Positions 1-10,690 of a stretch of 64,000 bases of DNA are shown one piece after another. The notes under the pieces were generated by a model. That model did no database searches, was not told the DNA's origin, and saw only the letters and a list, made by a program, of their open reading frames with translations. Made by a program: the position numbers and the translations under genes. The stretch is from Alphaproteobacteria bacterium (GTDB lineage: Bacteria > Pseudomonadota > Alphaproteobacteria > Bin95). Numbering within the stretch: the first letter of the stretch is position 1; each line of letters starts with the position of its first letter. The stretch is taken from assembly GCA_964291285.2 (NCBI GenBank), contig OZ219786.1, positions 384,001 to 448,000 on the forward strand, read 5' to 3'.

Positions 1-1129
1 ATTCCTGCCCGCAGGCGGCGCGGCGCAGCAGCGCCAGCACATTCATCGCCAGGGCCGCGAGCCACAGCCAGGCGGCATTCGCGCCGAACCGCCCCGACGG
101 CATCATCCCGGCTGCGAGGTCGGACTTGAGCACCGCATGCACCTCCTCGCCGTGGCCGCAGCGGGCATGGGCCGCGGCGACCGCCTCGAAGCTGTCCATC
201 ACCTCCAGCCCGTTCGCCTTCTCTGCCCGGATGGCTTCGGGGGCGGGGAAGTTGGTGACACAGGCCCCGATCCTGTAGGCGGGCCTGCCCCGGGCCGCCG
301 GCAACTCCCCTTCGTCCAGGCCCAGCTCGCCCGGAAGAGCGCGCCGGGTCACGACATGGCGGACCACGTGATGCGGCTTCATCGCCAGGGTGCTTGCCGG
401 GACATAAGGCAGTTCGGCGCATTCCAGCGGCGCCCTGTCCGGCGCCGCGCGCCTGTTGCGTCCGCTCACCGGCATCGGGCGCCAGGCGTCTTCCCCGAGA
501 CGCGCCACCTCCGCCATCAGCGGCTCCGGGCGCACCGCGCCGCAGACCAACCCCACCGTGCCGAACCGACGCGTCTCCTCCCTGCGGAACGCCGGGTCGT
601 TGCAGGCGCGGATCACCTCCTCCTGACAAGCGGCCGCGTCGCTGCGCAGCACTACACGACCTATGTCGTCGGGAAGCTGCAACAGCGCCTCTTCAAGCCC
701 GCGCCGGTTGTCGAGCCTCGCCGGCACATTGCCATCGCGCATCTCAAGCCACGGGACCATGCCGAGCTCCGGGCAGAACGCGATCAGCGGCTGGTAGCCC
801 CGCTCGCCCCGAACCACCCTCTCCGCAGCCCGGTAGGTGTACAGGCACTCACGCTTGCCGGACGCGATGATCGTCGCGTCGAGGTCGATCGTCACCGAGC
901 CCGCGCCCGCCTCCCGCACCCCTGCCGCAACAAGGCGACGGGTAACCTCGCGAAGCAGGCCGTCCCTCTCGCCCGGCGCCGGGATCAACGCCGTCCCCTT
1001 CTTGCGCTCGGCGTCATGAACCCCCGCAACATGAAAACGGTCCAGCCAGTCACGGATCGAGCGCGCTGTCGAAGCTGCCCCGCCTCGCTCGACTGTAACC
1101 CTGACCGCAGAGCGATAACCCCTCACCAT
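1..1129 (-). CDS. IS1380-family transposase, partial (runs off window edge; N-terminus looks internally shortened)
   Basis: Manual minus-strand translation gives VTIDLDATII...RGYQPL...EMRDGNVPA...LRSDAA...RCGHGEEVHAVLKSDLAAGMMPSGRFGANAAW, typical IS1380 DDE motifs. Not in the ORF track because no stop lies in the window. Confidence 0.75.
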   Translation of the reverse strand, partial: MVRGYRSAVRVTVERGGAASTARSIRDWLDRFHVAGVHDAERKKGTALIPAPGERDGLLREVTRRLVAAGVREAGAGSVTIDLDATIIASGKRECLYTYRAAERVVRGERGYQPLIAFCPELGMVPWLEMRDGNVPARLDNRRGLEEALLQLPDDIGRVVLRSDAAACQEEVIRACNDPAFRREETRRFGTVGLVCGAVRPEPLMAEVARLGEDAWRPMPVSGRNRRAAPDRAPLECAELPYVPASTLAMKPHHVVRHVVTRRALPGELGLDEGELPAARGRPAYRIGACVTNFPAPEAIRAEKANGLEVMDSFEAVAAAHARCGHGEEVHAVLKSDLAAGMMPSGRFGANAAWLWLAALAMNVLALLRRAACGQE

Positions 1130-1287
1130 TCCTTCACCCGCTCGGTGAAAACCGGATGCACAACACGGTTGCGCTCAGATCAGTCTGCACAAGCGATCAG
1201 AACACTTGCCACCCCACCAAAGCCCGCCGATCAGGGTCTTTCCTTTCGGCCCTTCCCCAACCGCAGCACTCTTGGTAGGCTAATCCT

Positions 1288-1460
1288 CCTCTTAGCCGGG
1301 TGCTCTCTATTGTTTCCACATGAGGCCACTCTATGCCGGGTGCTTAGCCAGGCTGAACGGAATTGCGCGACATCGGGCGCCGACTTGGACGATCCAAGGC
1401 GGCCCCGGCTTCGCTCGGCGCCGCCTTGGATCGTCCAAGTCGGCTTCTCCAGGTAAGAGG
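1288..1460 (+). ncRNA. Retron msr-msd ncRNA
   Basis: Terminal inverted repeat CCTCTTA (1288-1294) / TAAGAGG (1454-1460) with G1295 directly after (branch-G context like Ec86 CCCTTAG). Perfect 25-bp stem 1379-1403/1420-1444 (msd). Directly upstream of effector and RT. Confidence 0.85.
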
Positions 1461-1468
1461 CATAGAAA

Positions 1469-2371
1469 GTGGACCATCCGCTCCGGAGCAGCACGCAGAC
1501 CCCGTTGCGCAAGCGGCTGGTCCACTTTCTTAAAACCGCCCTAGCAGTCGAACGCAGTAGCAACATTGTTTTTCTCTGCGGTGGTAACGAATCTACTCAC
1601 ATGCGCACTTGCTTTAGGGCCTATTGCGAACAAAATCTACCGGACTATGAAATATTCCTTCCAGAAGCGGCCATGGCGTTTGTTTTCTCCGATGAATTAG
1701 CCGAGCCCTTTGATCTCGCAGATTTCGAGAAGCTTGTCGGTGATATTTCGTACGCCATTGTAGTTTTTCCAGAGGCACCGGGATCGTACGCTGAAACAGG
1801 TTATTTTTCGGCTACGCCAACATTATCTCAAAAGTGCATACTAGTAATGGATTATAATAGACAGCACCACGACAGTTTCATTTCACTTGGCCCAGCTAAA
1901 AAAATATCCGAGACCTCTAAATTCCACCCCAACATCAATCTTAACTATTCAGAACCAAACTTTGACACCATTATTGACAGAATCACTTCCAGACGAAAAC
2001 ACAAGTACAAAAAAACGCTATCAGTTGAGAAGTATGCGGAACTTTCTGCTTATGAACTTGCGGCTTTACTACATACCCTTGTTCGGCTTTGCAAAATTGC
2101 CACCACTGATGATATACAATTCTTCTTTCGTGCCATTTTCGGCAACAGGTACTCCTCACCAAGCGTGCGAAAGTTAATTCCAATTCTGGCCGGTGCTGAT
2201 TACTTGAACACTGCAGGAAGTTACGGACATTTCGTGAGTAATAAAACCAAACCACCTTTGGCTACAACTAGGAGTGGGTGTAAGGAACTAGAAGATGCAC
2301 TTCGCCTAGAAATTGCTACTGCATTTCAAGACGGAGAACCGGAGTTTTTGCGGCTACTAGAGGAGACTTAG
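1469..2371 (+). CDS. Retron effector, St85/Ec86-like nucleoside deoxyribosyltransferase-like (NDT) domain plus C-terminal putative DNA-binding domain
   Basis: IVFLCGG, FLPE, DLADFE..., IVVFPEAPGSYAETGYF motifs; lies between ncRNA and RT; low GC. Confidence 0.8.
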   Translation: MDHPLRSSTQTPLRKRLVHFLKTALAVERSSNIVFLCGGNESTHMRTCFRAYCEQNLPDYEIFLPEAAMAFVFSDELAEPFDLADFEKLVGDISYAIVVFPEAPGSYAETGYFSATPTLSQKCILVMDYNRQHHDSFISLGPAKKISETSKFHPNINLNYSEPNFDTIIDRITSRRKHKYKKTLSVEKYAELSAYELAALLHTLVRLCKIATTDDIQFFFRAIFGNRYSSPSVRKLIPILAGADYLNTAGSYGHFVSNKTKPPLATTRSGCKELEDALRLEIATAFQDGEPEFLRLLEET

Positions 2372-2372
2372 A

Positions 2373-3290
2373 ATGTTAATTGAAAAGTTGGCAAGTCTAT
2401 CCGGGGTTACCGATTCGAAATTACGCTATCTGGCAAAGACAGCATCCAATCGATACAAAATTTACTACATACCGAAGCGCAGCGGCGGGCATCGACAAAT
2501 TGCCCATCCAAGCAGAGCGTTGAAAGCGGTGCAAAGATGGATCTCAAGGACGCTCATTAGCGAGTTTCCTGTTCATGATTGCGCGACCGCATACAAGAAG
2601 GGGGCAAGCATCAGATTAAACGCGTTAATGCATGCACAAACCAATTTCACATTGAGTATGGATTTTGTTGATTTCTTTCCATCATTTTCGTATGAAAATA
2701 TTTTAGATTTTGTTGGAGAAAAGAACTCAATGATGAGCATAGGTCTATCGGAGGTAGACATGGAGTTTATTGCAGCAATTCTTACACGAAACGGAGCCGC
2801 CACTATTGGTGCTCCCTCGTCGCCAGCAATCACGAACGCTATAATGTATGAATTCGACAAACATGTATGTGGCATCGCCAATGAAGGTGGATTCATATAC
2901 TCAAGGTACGCGGACGATATATTCGTTTCCACACGTTCTCCGAATTCCTTGGATCTCGTGAGCCAACAAATTGCAGAAGCAAGCGCGAGAATGCCATATG
3001 CAAATTTGGTTATCAATCACGATAAGACGAGATACCTCTCCAGACGGTACCGTAGATCGATTACCGGACTAGTAATCACTCCGGACGGACATATTTCGAT
3101 AGGCCGCCAGCGAAAACGTGAAATTAGGTCAATGGTTCACCTTTATACTTTGAACAAGTTGGAAAGAGAGAAAATTCAACGACTTCGAGGTCTGGTTGCG
3201 TTTGTGAAGGGCGTGGACTTAGCATTTCATGGTGCGTTGCGCAGGAAGTATGGTGACGACGCGATTGAACGATTACTTCGGAGAGAATAG
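2373..3290 (+). CDS. Retron reverse transcriptase
   Basis: IPKRSGGHRQI, NALMH (region X), MDFVDFFPS, GAPSSPAITN, YSRYADD, ITGLVI (region Y, VTG-like). Confidence 0.95.
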   Translation: MLIEKLASLSGVTDSKLRYLAKTASNRYKIYYIPKRSGGHRQIAHPSRALKAVQRWISRTLISEFPVHDCATAYKKGASIRLNALMHAQTNFTLSMDFVDFFPSFSYENILDFVGEKNSMMSIGLSEVDMEFIAAILTRNGAATIGAPSSPAITNAIMYEFDKHVCGIANEGGFIYSRYADDIFVSTRSPNSLDLVSQQIAEASARMPYANLVINHDKTRYLSRRYRRSITGLVITPDGHISIGRQRKREIRSMVHLYTLNKLEREKIQRLRGLVAFVKGVDLAFHGALRRKYGDDAIERLLRRE

Positions 3291-3717
3291 ACACCCGCAG
3301 TCGAGGCGTCAGTGCGGCGCGCCTTCTCGGAGGACCTCGCAGCCGTAGCGTGTTGGCCTAAGCCGGACTGACTGCTGCAATCCCAAGCCAGACCTCGATT
3401 CTAGCATCCGCCCGGAGAAATTGGTGGCATCGCCAGTGTTACCGCCGAAAGGGCGTAATTTCACCGTGCTGTCCCTTACTGGCTTCGCATGTCTCCAGAT
3501 GCCGGCCCAACCCCCTCATGCCGTATTTCTTCCGGTTCTGTCACGCCGGGGAGGGTGGAGAGCGCTCAGGGAGGTTAAGTCGGCCTGCTGCTTGCATTCC
3601 TCCCTGCGCCGTGTGGACAAGCCGGGGAAAGCACCCGTCATCGTGTCGCAAGCGCGCGGATTCAACATCGAGCCGCTCTCTGTCTGGCGCCGTCCTGTAT
3701 CCACCTGGGGCGGTGGA

Positions 3718-4002
3718 TCATGAGACTCCGCCGCCCACGGCCTTCCTGAGCGTCGCACCCGGCTTGAAGACGGGCACAGTGGAGGCGGCGATGGAGATAG
3801 GCTCGCCCGTGCGGGGGTTGCGCGCGGTGCGCGCGGGACGCTTCCTGGTTCCGAAGGTGCCGAAGCCCAGGATTCGCATGTCCTCACCATTCGCCATGGC
3901 TTCGCCGATCACCTCGAACATGCCGTCCACCGCATGCTTTGCAGCGGCTTTCGTCATTCCCGTCCGGTTCGCGAGGCGCTCACCCAGTTCCGACTTGTTC
4001 AT
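3718..4002 (-). CDS. HU-family DNA-binding protein
   Basis: MNKSEL...GFGTF...RPARTARNPRTGEPISIAA...FKPG, 94 aa. Confidence 0.9.
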   Translation of the reverse strand: MNKSELGERLANRTGMTKAAAKHAVDGMFEVIGEAMANGEDMRILGFGTFGTRKRPARTARNPRTGEPISIAASTVPVFKPGATLRKAVGGGVS

Positions 4003-4192
4003 CCCTGCGCTCCCATGCCTGTCATCACCGGCCCGCTGTCCGCCTGATACCAACCGCAAGTCATATAGACCGATGCATTGGGTCGTGGGGATCATCACGA
4101 TGGTGCGACGGCCCAGCTTCGCCGGGTTGTTTTGGTGATGATGTCGGGTTGCTCGATGAGCCATTGCCATGCCGTCCGGCAGGCTTCTCTCA

Positions 4193-5123
4193 GAGCCTGA
4201 CCCAAAAAGAGTTGAGCGGTTTCAAGGGATTGTGATTCAGTTCGGTTATGCATCTGAACGGAGCCACGAATGCCCTGGACCGAAACCGCTCGCCGGGAGT
4301 ATCGGCGGGACTGCCCACGATATGCAAGCGATCTGACCGACGCTGAGTGGTCTCTGATCGAGCCCTTCATGCCGTTGCCCTGCCGTATCGGTCGCCCGCG
4401 CCAGACCGATCTGCGCGAGGTCGTAAATGCGGTGCTGTATATGGCCACGACCGGTTGTCAGTGGCGCCAGCTGCCGAAGGACTTTCCGCCGGTCTCGACG
4501 GTGCAGCGCTATTTCTACGAGTGGCGCGACAACAGGCTGTGGCAGACGATCCGGTTCCACCTGGCCGTGCAGGCGCGCGAACGCGAGGGGCGCGAGGCCC
4601 AGCCGAGCGCGGGCGTGATCGACAGCCAGACGGTGAAAACCACGGAGGCAGGCGGGGTTAGCGGCTATGACGCCGGCAAGAAGGTCAAAGGGCGCAAGCG
4701 CCACGCTGTCGTCGACACCATCGGCATGCTCTTCGGCCTCGTCGTACATGCCGCCGACGTTCAGGACCGCGACGGCGCCCCGGCCGTGCTGAAATCCATC
4801 CGCCACGCCTGCCCCTGGCTGCGTCATCTGTTCGCCGATGGCGGATATGCCGGGCCGAAACTGCGCGGCGCCCTCGACAGGATCGGCAAGTGGACGCTCG
4901 AAATCGTCAAACGCTCCGACACCGCCAACGGCTTCGAAGTCCTCCCCGGACGATGGGTCGTCGAACGCACCTTCGCATGGCTCGGGCGCTGCCGCAGGCT
5001 GGCAAAAGACTGGGAAAAATCCATCGCCTCAAGCGAAGCATGGATCAACATCGCCCATATCCGGCTCACAACACGCCGACTCGCAAGGCCTTGAAAAACT
5101 TCAGCGAGTTTCGAGTCAGGCTC
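4193..5123 (+). mobile_element. IS5-family (IS1031-like) element, copy 1
   Basis: 931 bp, ends GAGCCTGAC / GTCAGGCTC, 3-bp duplication TCA; empty site visible in IS630 copy 2. Confidence 0.95.
4270..5094 (+). CDS. IS5-family transposase
   Basis: YASDLTDAEW, TGCQWRQLPKDFPP, IDSQTVK, RWVVERTFAWL. Confidence 0.95.
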   Translation: MPWTETARREYRRDCPRYASDLTDAEWSLIEPFMPLPCRIGRPRQTDLREVVNAVLYMATTGCQWRQLPKDFPPVSTVQRYFYEWRDNRLWQTIRFHLAVQAREREGREAQPSAGVIDSQTVKTTEAGGVSGYDAGKKVKGRKRHAVVDTIGMLFGLVVHAADVQDRDGAPAVLKSIRHACPWLRHLFADGGYAGPKLRGALDRIGKWTLEIVKRSDTANGFEVLPGRWVVERTFAWLGRCRRLAKDWEKSIASSEAWINIAHIRLTTRRLARP

Positions 5124-6102
5124 TCAGGGCGGCGACATCCGTGAACACACGGTTGGCGAAGCGGTTCGATTTCAGGACCAGTATGATCTGCTCCATGGGA
5201 TTGAGTTCCGGACTGTATGGCGGCAGATGCAGGAGCGTCAGATTGGGGGGGACGAGAAGGTCGCCCGAGCGATGCCAGCCTGCCCCGTCCAGTATGACCA
5301 CGCCGTGCGCACCCGGCGCCACGGCCGCGCCGATCGCCGCCAGATGCTCGTTCATCGCCGCCGTGTTCGCCCTGTCCGCCACATGGGCGATGCCGACGCC
5401 GCGCTGTGCGCAGGTGGCGCCGAACAGATAGACATAGCCATAGCGATGGTCGCGCACGATGCGCGGACGTTGCCTCCCGCGCGCCCAGACGCGCGTCGTC
5501 ATCCCTTTCTGGCCGATGCGCGCCTCGTCCTGGAACCAGATTTCGATCGGGCCCGCCAGCGCCTCGGAACTGAGCATCGACGTCACCCTTGCCTCGAAGT
5601 CCGCCACGAACGCCCCCTGCCGCTCCGCGTCGGCCCTGGGGTGGACCGGCCGTCCCGAGACAAAACGAAACCCGGCCCTTCGGAGCATCATACGGGCGCC
5701 GCTCTCCGTATAAATGACCCCGAAGGCCTCCTCGATTTTCCGTATGATGTCCTGAACCCGCCAGCGCGTGACACCGTCCCGCTCAAGATCGGGACCCGCC
5801 TCGACCCACAACCCGATCTCGGCAATCCGAGCCTCCGTCAACCGACCATCGCTGCCCCCGCGAGGACGATCCGCAAGCCCCTCGAACCCCTCCGCATTGT
5901 AGCGCAGCACCCAGTCGCGCAGAACTTGAAGCTCCATGCCCTGCGCCCGCGCCGCCTCCGTGCGCGACGCCCCATCCATGATCATCGCGATCGCACGCGC
6001 CCGACAGGCTTGCTTCGCCTCACCGCAGCGCTTCGCCAGATCATGGAGATCGTCCGATCCATGCTCCGTCCAGGTTATCGGCGTCGCCGCACCCATCATC
6101 AT
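5116..6102 (-). pseudogene. IS630 transposase, C-terminus cut by IS5
   Basis: WFQDEAR, ILDGAGWH, LPPYSPELNPME; about 30 aa shorter than the 357-aa intact copy at 42357-43430. Confidence 0.85.
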
Positions 6103-6333
6103 CCTCCAACCCCAAGACTGCCTGACATCACTCTATCCACCTTGTCCGGCACCTCACCTCAACACAACATGTTGGAACAATGAGTCAATTCGAACCGCGC
6201 TTGGTATGAGTAGCATGTTGCGCCATTCCGCGCGATATGCCCTGCCTTGGGACTGTAGCGCTTCCGCGCATGGGCGGCACGTCCGGGAACGGCGTGTTAC
6301 GGTCGCGACGATGTGTTGTCGTTGGGGGGAGCG

Positions 6334-6759
6334 ATGCCGGACGACAGGGAACTCCGGGAAAAACTCGCCAAGGTGGAAGCGCTGTTCCGGCGGGCCGGCA
6401 GTCCGGGGGAGCAGGCCGCCGCCGGGGCCGCGATTGACCGGCTGCGCGGCCGGCTCGGCGCCCCCGGCCGTGACGGCGGGCCGGAGACCGAACTCAGGTT
6501 CTCGCTGCCGGACGCCTGGTCGGTCCGGCTGTTCGTCGCCGTCTGCCGCAAGCACGGCCTGCGCCCCTTCCGTTATGCACGGCAGAGGCGGACAACGGTC
6601 ATGGTGCGCGCCCGCGAGCGGCATTTCGACCGCGTGGTGTGGGCGGAATTCGGCCGGCTTCACACCGAACTGCAACTCTACTTCCAGGACGTTACCGACC
6701 ATCTGATTACCCGCGCCATGGGCTCGGACGGCGACGACAGCAACATCGGGCAGCGGTAG
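6334..6759 (+). CDS. Hypothetical protein (LREKLAKVEALF...GEQAAA N-terminus)
   Basis: Protein-like ORF, G-rich RBS before ATG 6334, converges on the next gene. Confidence 0.65.
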   Translation: MPDDRELREKLAKVEALFRRAGSPGEQAAAGAAIDRLRGRLGAPGRDGGPETELRFSLPDAWSVRLFVAVCRKHGLRPFRYARQRRTTVMVRARERHFDRVVWAEFGRLHTELQLYFQDVTDHLITRAMGSDGDDSNIGQR

Positions 6760-6773
6760 CTGGCGAAGCCGGC

Positions 6774-7031
6774 CTACGCGGCTTCCACGATCACCCGGCC
6801 GCGTCCCCGGCGGACGATGTAACCGCCCCGGCGTATCGAGAGCTTGCCGTCCTGGACCAGGCTCCACAATACATCCGAGATCGTCCCGGCATTCTCGTCG
6901 ACCTCCGGCGCCTCGGCCGCTTGGTCAAGCCACTTTGCGAACGCTTCGTCGGCAATCGCGGGGCCCAGGGATTTCCGAAGCGCATTGAGTTTCCGGAGCT
7001 GGCCTTTCGTCAGGGCGGATTCATCGATCAT
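6774..7031 (-). CDS. Small hypothetical protein
   Basis: 85-aa protein-like ORF (LTKGQLRKLNALRKSLG...GGYIVRRGRGRVIVE). Confidence 0.65.
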   Translation of the reverse strand: MIDESALTKGQLRKLNALRKSLGPAIADEAFAKWLDQAAEAPEVDENAGTISDVLWSLVQDGKLSIRRGGYIVRRGRGRVIVEAA

Positions 7032-7159
7032 GGAGGCACTCTTTCTTCATCGGCTTACACCAGACAGGCCGACAATAGCCGCGATTCGTACAAGTTGTAA
7101 CTCCCTCGCCCATTGCCTCTCAAATTCCATTGTTGCGCCGTTCCTGCAAATTCCGACCG

Positions 7160-7417
7160 TCACTCGTGTTGGCGGTCCGGTTTCGCGATCACCATGTGAA
7201 GCACGTTCAGAATTGTCGCCTGCTTATCGGCCGGAAAGGCCTGGAAAAGCGCTACCAGTTCACGCTCGCTGTCGTCCTTGAGGTCATGCACCCGGTGCTG
7301 AAGCTCCAAGCCTGGAAATCCGAGGGAGCGCATGAGCCGGTCGTTTTGCTCCGGAGATAAGGAGCGCGGGCCCTTCATCTCACCGCTGCCATTTCGACCG
7401 AGCCATCCGTCAATCAA
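7160..7417 (-). CDS. Hypothetical protein or fragment
   Basis: Helical protein-like ORF (ERELVALFQAFPADKQATIL); start uncertain. Confidence 0.35.
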   Translation of the reverse strand: MIDGWLGRNGSGEMKGPRSLSPEQNDRLMRSLGFPGLELQHRVHDLKDDSERELVALFQAFPADKQATILNVLHMVIAKPDRQHE

Positions 7418-7502
7418 GCCGAGCTTCTCAAGCCGCCGAATGTTTGTCGCAGAGGGCGTGAATCTCGTATGGCGATGATGGCGCTGGGCTGAGGGTCAGG
7501 GT

Positions 7503-7690
7503 TCATGCGGCGCGGCTTTGTTGGTTTCCGGTGCGGTTGTTTTCGTTTGCGGGGGTATCGTCATCGCTCATGAGGGCATTCCATGCGCGGTCGAAGCGTC
7601 CGGATTTGATGAGGGCGCGGACGGTGAGGACGGCCTGGCCGCCGGCGATGCGCCATCGCATGCCGGAGCGCTTCATCCTCTGTGTAGCAA
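7503..7690 (-). pseudogene. ISKra4/ISLre2-like transposase C-terminal fragment
   Basis: TQRMKRSGMRWRIAGGQAVLTVRALIKSGRFDRAW. Confidence 0.7.
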
Positions 7691-9663
7691 AAGCGTCCAT
7701 TGCCGGGCTGGTCGGCCACCCCGTATCATGAAAACAGGTGCCGGCCGCGCGGGCGGGACTTCGGGCTTTTACGGGGTTGCCTACCGGTCACGGTCCGCAA
7801 GACGGGCGCCGCAGATGGCGAGTATCGGACGCCTCGGGAGCAGTGCTTTGGCGGGGCGGGGTTTTTGTGCGCCCGATCCCCAACAATTTTCACGGCAAAG
7901 CAAAGAAGGATTTTGCAGTTGCCATTCCTGACATGAAGTTCGATGGACTCCCGTTTCTATGGCGAAAATAGAACAGGTTATGATGCCTGTCAAGCATGAG
8001 AAATTTGCGCTGTGGGGTTTTTCCGGTCGGATGGGACGTTGGGTCCGGGTGTTGATGTTGTTTGTTCCGGCGTTCGAGGCGGTCGCTGCGGTTGATTTTC
8101 GAGCTTGAGCGGCCCAGCCCGGTAGCATCGCCGGCCCTCGGTCGCGGGTGTCCGTATGCCGGGGTCCGGCGGGTTGGGTCAGCGTTGTCGGCAGTCGGCT
8201 GAGGGGTTAGCCGGTATCGAGGTATGGCACCGGGCCGACCAGGGAGCGCATGCGTGCGACGCGTCCGGCGCGGGCCTGTGCAAGCGCCATGGCCATCATG
8301 ACCGCCAGGGCCAGCCCGATGCGGGTCTTCATCTTCGCGCGTCCGCGGATGTAGTGGGTCTCGAAGTTGAAGCTGCGGTCGAGGCGGGCGTTGATCCGCT
8401 CCATGGCGGTGCGCCGGTTGTATCCGCGCCGCCACGACGGGCTGCCCCAGGGCGTGGGCGTGAAGATACGCCGGTCATGGCTGTCGAGGTCGACGCGCAG
8501 GATGCGGCCGTATTCGCCGGACTTCACCCCACCCGCCCGATGGCAGGCCCGGCGTCCCTTGCACTCGAAGCCGAAGGCGGCTGCGGGGCAGCGGTATTTG
8601 AGCGTGCCGCAGACGCCGCGCCCGGCCTCGAACCCCTGGAAGGCCATGGCGCGGACCTTGCCGGTCTGCGGGCACACGCAGGACACCCGGCCGCGTTCGT
8701 CATGAACGATGACGTCGGCGCGCCCGGGGAACAGCGGTCGCGTGATCGGCCGGGCCGGGTCATGGCCCGGCTCCTTCTTCTCGACCCGCCACATCAGGCG
8801 CGTGTCGATCAGCGGGCGGATATGCCACCTGTCCCACAACCGCGCCTTCAGGCGGGCGTTGTCGAGACCGCGGTCGGCGCTGAAATCGGCGCAGCGACCG
8901 GCCATCTCCGGCGCCCCGGCGAACAACTCCTCCAGCATCCCGGACAGCGCCCCGGGTTCCGATGCCGACGCCCGCGTCACCTCGAAGGCCACAGGAACCT
9001 CGTAGTCCGTGTCGGCGATCAGGTGAAGCCCGTAGCCGAACCACGACTTCACCTTCTTCCACACCGCGCCGGTCTTCGCGTTCACCCCGCCCGTCTCGTG
9101 CCTGCCCCAGTCCGCATCGGGGTCCGAGGTCTGCCCCCTGGCCCCGGCAACCCGGCCCGTCGAGTGGCTCGCCACCGCCTTGCCGTCATACCCGAGATGG
9201 CGACCGAAGTCCGGCAACTCCTCGAACAGCGAGGCGCGCAGACGCCCGATCATCCCCGACACAAGGCCGCGCTCGTCCTCAAGGCGCACCACGCGCCCCA
9301 GGAACCGCGAGAAGTTCCAGGCGCCCGGCACCGTCGAGCGCAACGGCGCCGGACGCCTCACCACCCGCCCCGCGCAAAGCGCCACCACCGGCGCACCCTG
9401 CAAGGGCAGCGCCTCGAAACCGCAAATCTCCAGAAGCGCCGGGTTGCGGCCCAGCTCCCGCAGAAGCGACTGCATCGAGGCATGCTGGAACACGATCCCC
9501 GCGATCAGAGCCCGCCACATCGCCCGCACCGGGTAGTCGTTGCGACCCCGGCCTCGACCCGCCTCAAGCGCCGCCACAACCTCCTCGTCGGGAAGCGTGT
9601 CGAGCACCACACGCAGACGCTCAAGGTCCGCAAGGCCTTCCACAGACCACCACGAAAAGGCTA

Positions 9664-10690
9664 CCTGCTTATTCTCAAGGATCATCCTGCGATGAGTAGT
9701 TGATATGGGATGGGTTGTGTTCTGACGGCGCTGTGAATGAAGCGTGGGATCATGGAGTTGAGTTGGTATCGTCGGTTGTATCGCCATGCGAAGCTGGCGA
9801 GATAGCGTTCGGCATGGTCGGGACCGAGCTTTCGGTAGGTTCCGGCGATGGCGCTCTTGATGTTGCCGAGGGTCGTGTTGACCCATTTGAAGGAGGCCAT
9901 GCGGGCTGCCCGGCGGCCTGAGCCGGTGCGGATGGCCCGGTGGCTTGCGGCGATGCCGTCGAGGGCGTTCCAGCAGTGCAGGGCATCGGTGACGACCTCC
10001 GTCCCCGGGGCCAGCCAGCGTTTGGCGCCGCGCGCGATCTCGCGCTTGCGGAAGCCCTTGACCGGGGCGAGCTTGACCTTGCGCGGAGCCCCTTCGGCGC
10101 TGGTCGAGACCGCCGCCACGAAGGGCGTCTTGCCCGGCGCGCCCCGGCCGCGCTTGCCGCCTGAGCGCGACCCGCCGAGCCAGGCGTCGTCCATCTCGAC
10201 CCGTCCTTCGAGCCGCGTGTCGGCTTCGCGCCGGGCCATCACCGCCATGATCTTCTGCTTCATGCTCCAGGCGGTCGGCTGCCTGACCCCGAGGCGGCGA
10301 CCGAGTTCCACCGACGAAATGCCGTTCTTCGCCGTCACCACAAGGTGGATCGCCGCAAACCACAACGTCAGGGGCAGCTTGGTCGAGTGGAAGATCGTCC
10401 CCGACGTCACCGAAACCTGCTTCTTGCAGCGGTTGCACTGGTAAAGCCTGCGCCCGGCAAGAATGCAGTGCCCCCGATGCCCGCAGGAGCCGCACTCGAA
10501 ACCGTTCGGCCAGCGCAATCGGGCTAGCACCGCACGGCACTGATCCTCCGTGCCGAACGACGCTCGGAACGCATCGTCGCTCAAGCCACGAACACGCGAT
10601 GCAACCTTGAATGCCATATCCATGACCTCCCGATAACAGAAACCCTTCCAAACCTACAATCTCATAAGATGACTCTCAAGAATAAGCAGG
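9664..10690 (-). mobile_element. IS1595-family element
   Basis: Inverted ends CCTGCTTATTCT / AGAATAAGCAGG; 8-bp duplication AAAGGCTA (9656-9663, 10691-10698). Confidence 0.95.
9682..10623 (-). CDS. IS1595 transposase
   Basis: RWPNGFECGSC zinc ribbon, GTIFHSTKLPL, VEMDDAW, VVTDA, RYLASFAWRYNRR. Confidence 0.95.
   Translation of the reverse strand: MDMAFKVASRVRGLSDDAFRASFGTEDQCRAVLARLRWPNGFECGSCGHRGHCILAGRRLYQCNRCKKQVSVTSGTIFHSTKLPLTLWFAAIHLVVTAKNGISSVELGRRLGVRQPTAWSMKQKIMAVMARREADTRLEGRVEMDDAWLGGSRSGGKRGRGAPGKTPFVAAVSTSAEGAPRKVKLAPVKGFRKREIARGAKRWLAPGTEVVTDALHCWNALDGIAASHRAIRTGSGRRAARMASFKWVNTTLGNIKSAIAGTYRKLGPDHAERYLASFAWRYNRRYQLNSMIPRFIHSAVRTQPIPYQLLIAG

Larger units (their letters stand above)
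4048..6206 (-). mobile_element. IS630-family element, copy 1, interrupted by IS5
   Basis: Ends TACCAACCGC / GCGCTTGGTA, flanked by TGA on both sides; near-identical to 42310-43534 plus a 934-bp insert. Confidence 0.9.

Noticed and set aside
137-1456. 439-aa plus-strand ORF
   Set aside because: Antisense shadow of the IS1380 transposase running across the retron ncRNA.
2373-3290. RT as a group II intron or DGR enzyme
   Set aside because: Short, no maturase domain, no TR/VR pair seen, and it has retron motifs plus msr-msd.
8207-10651. 814-aa ORF as a single protein
   Set aside because: Chance read-through from an off-frame of IS1595 into the interrupted transposase.
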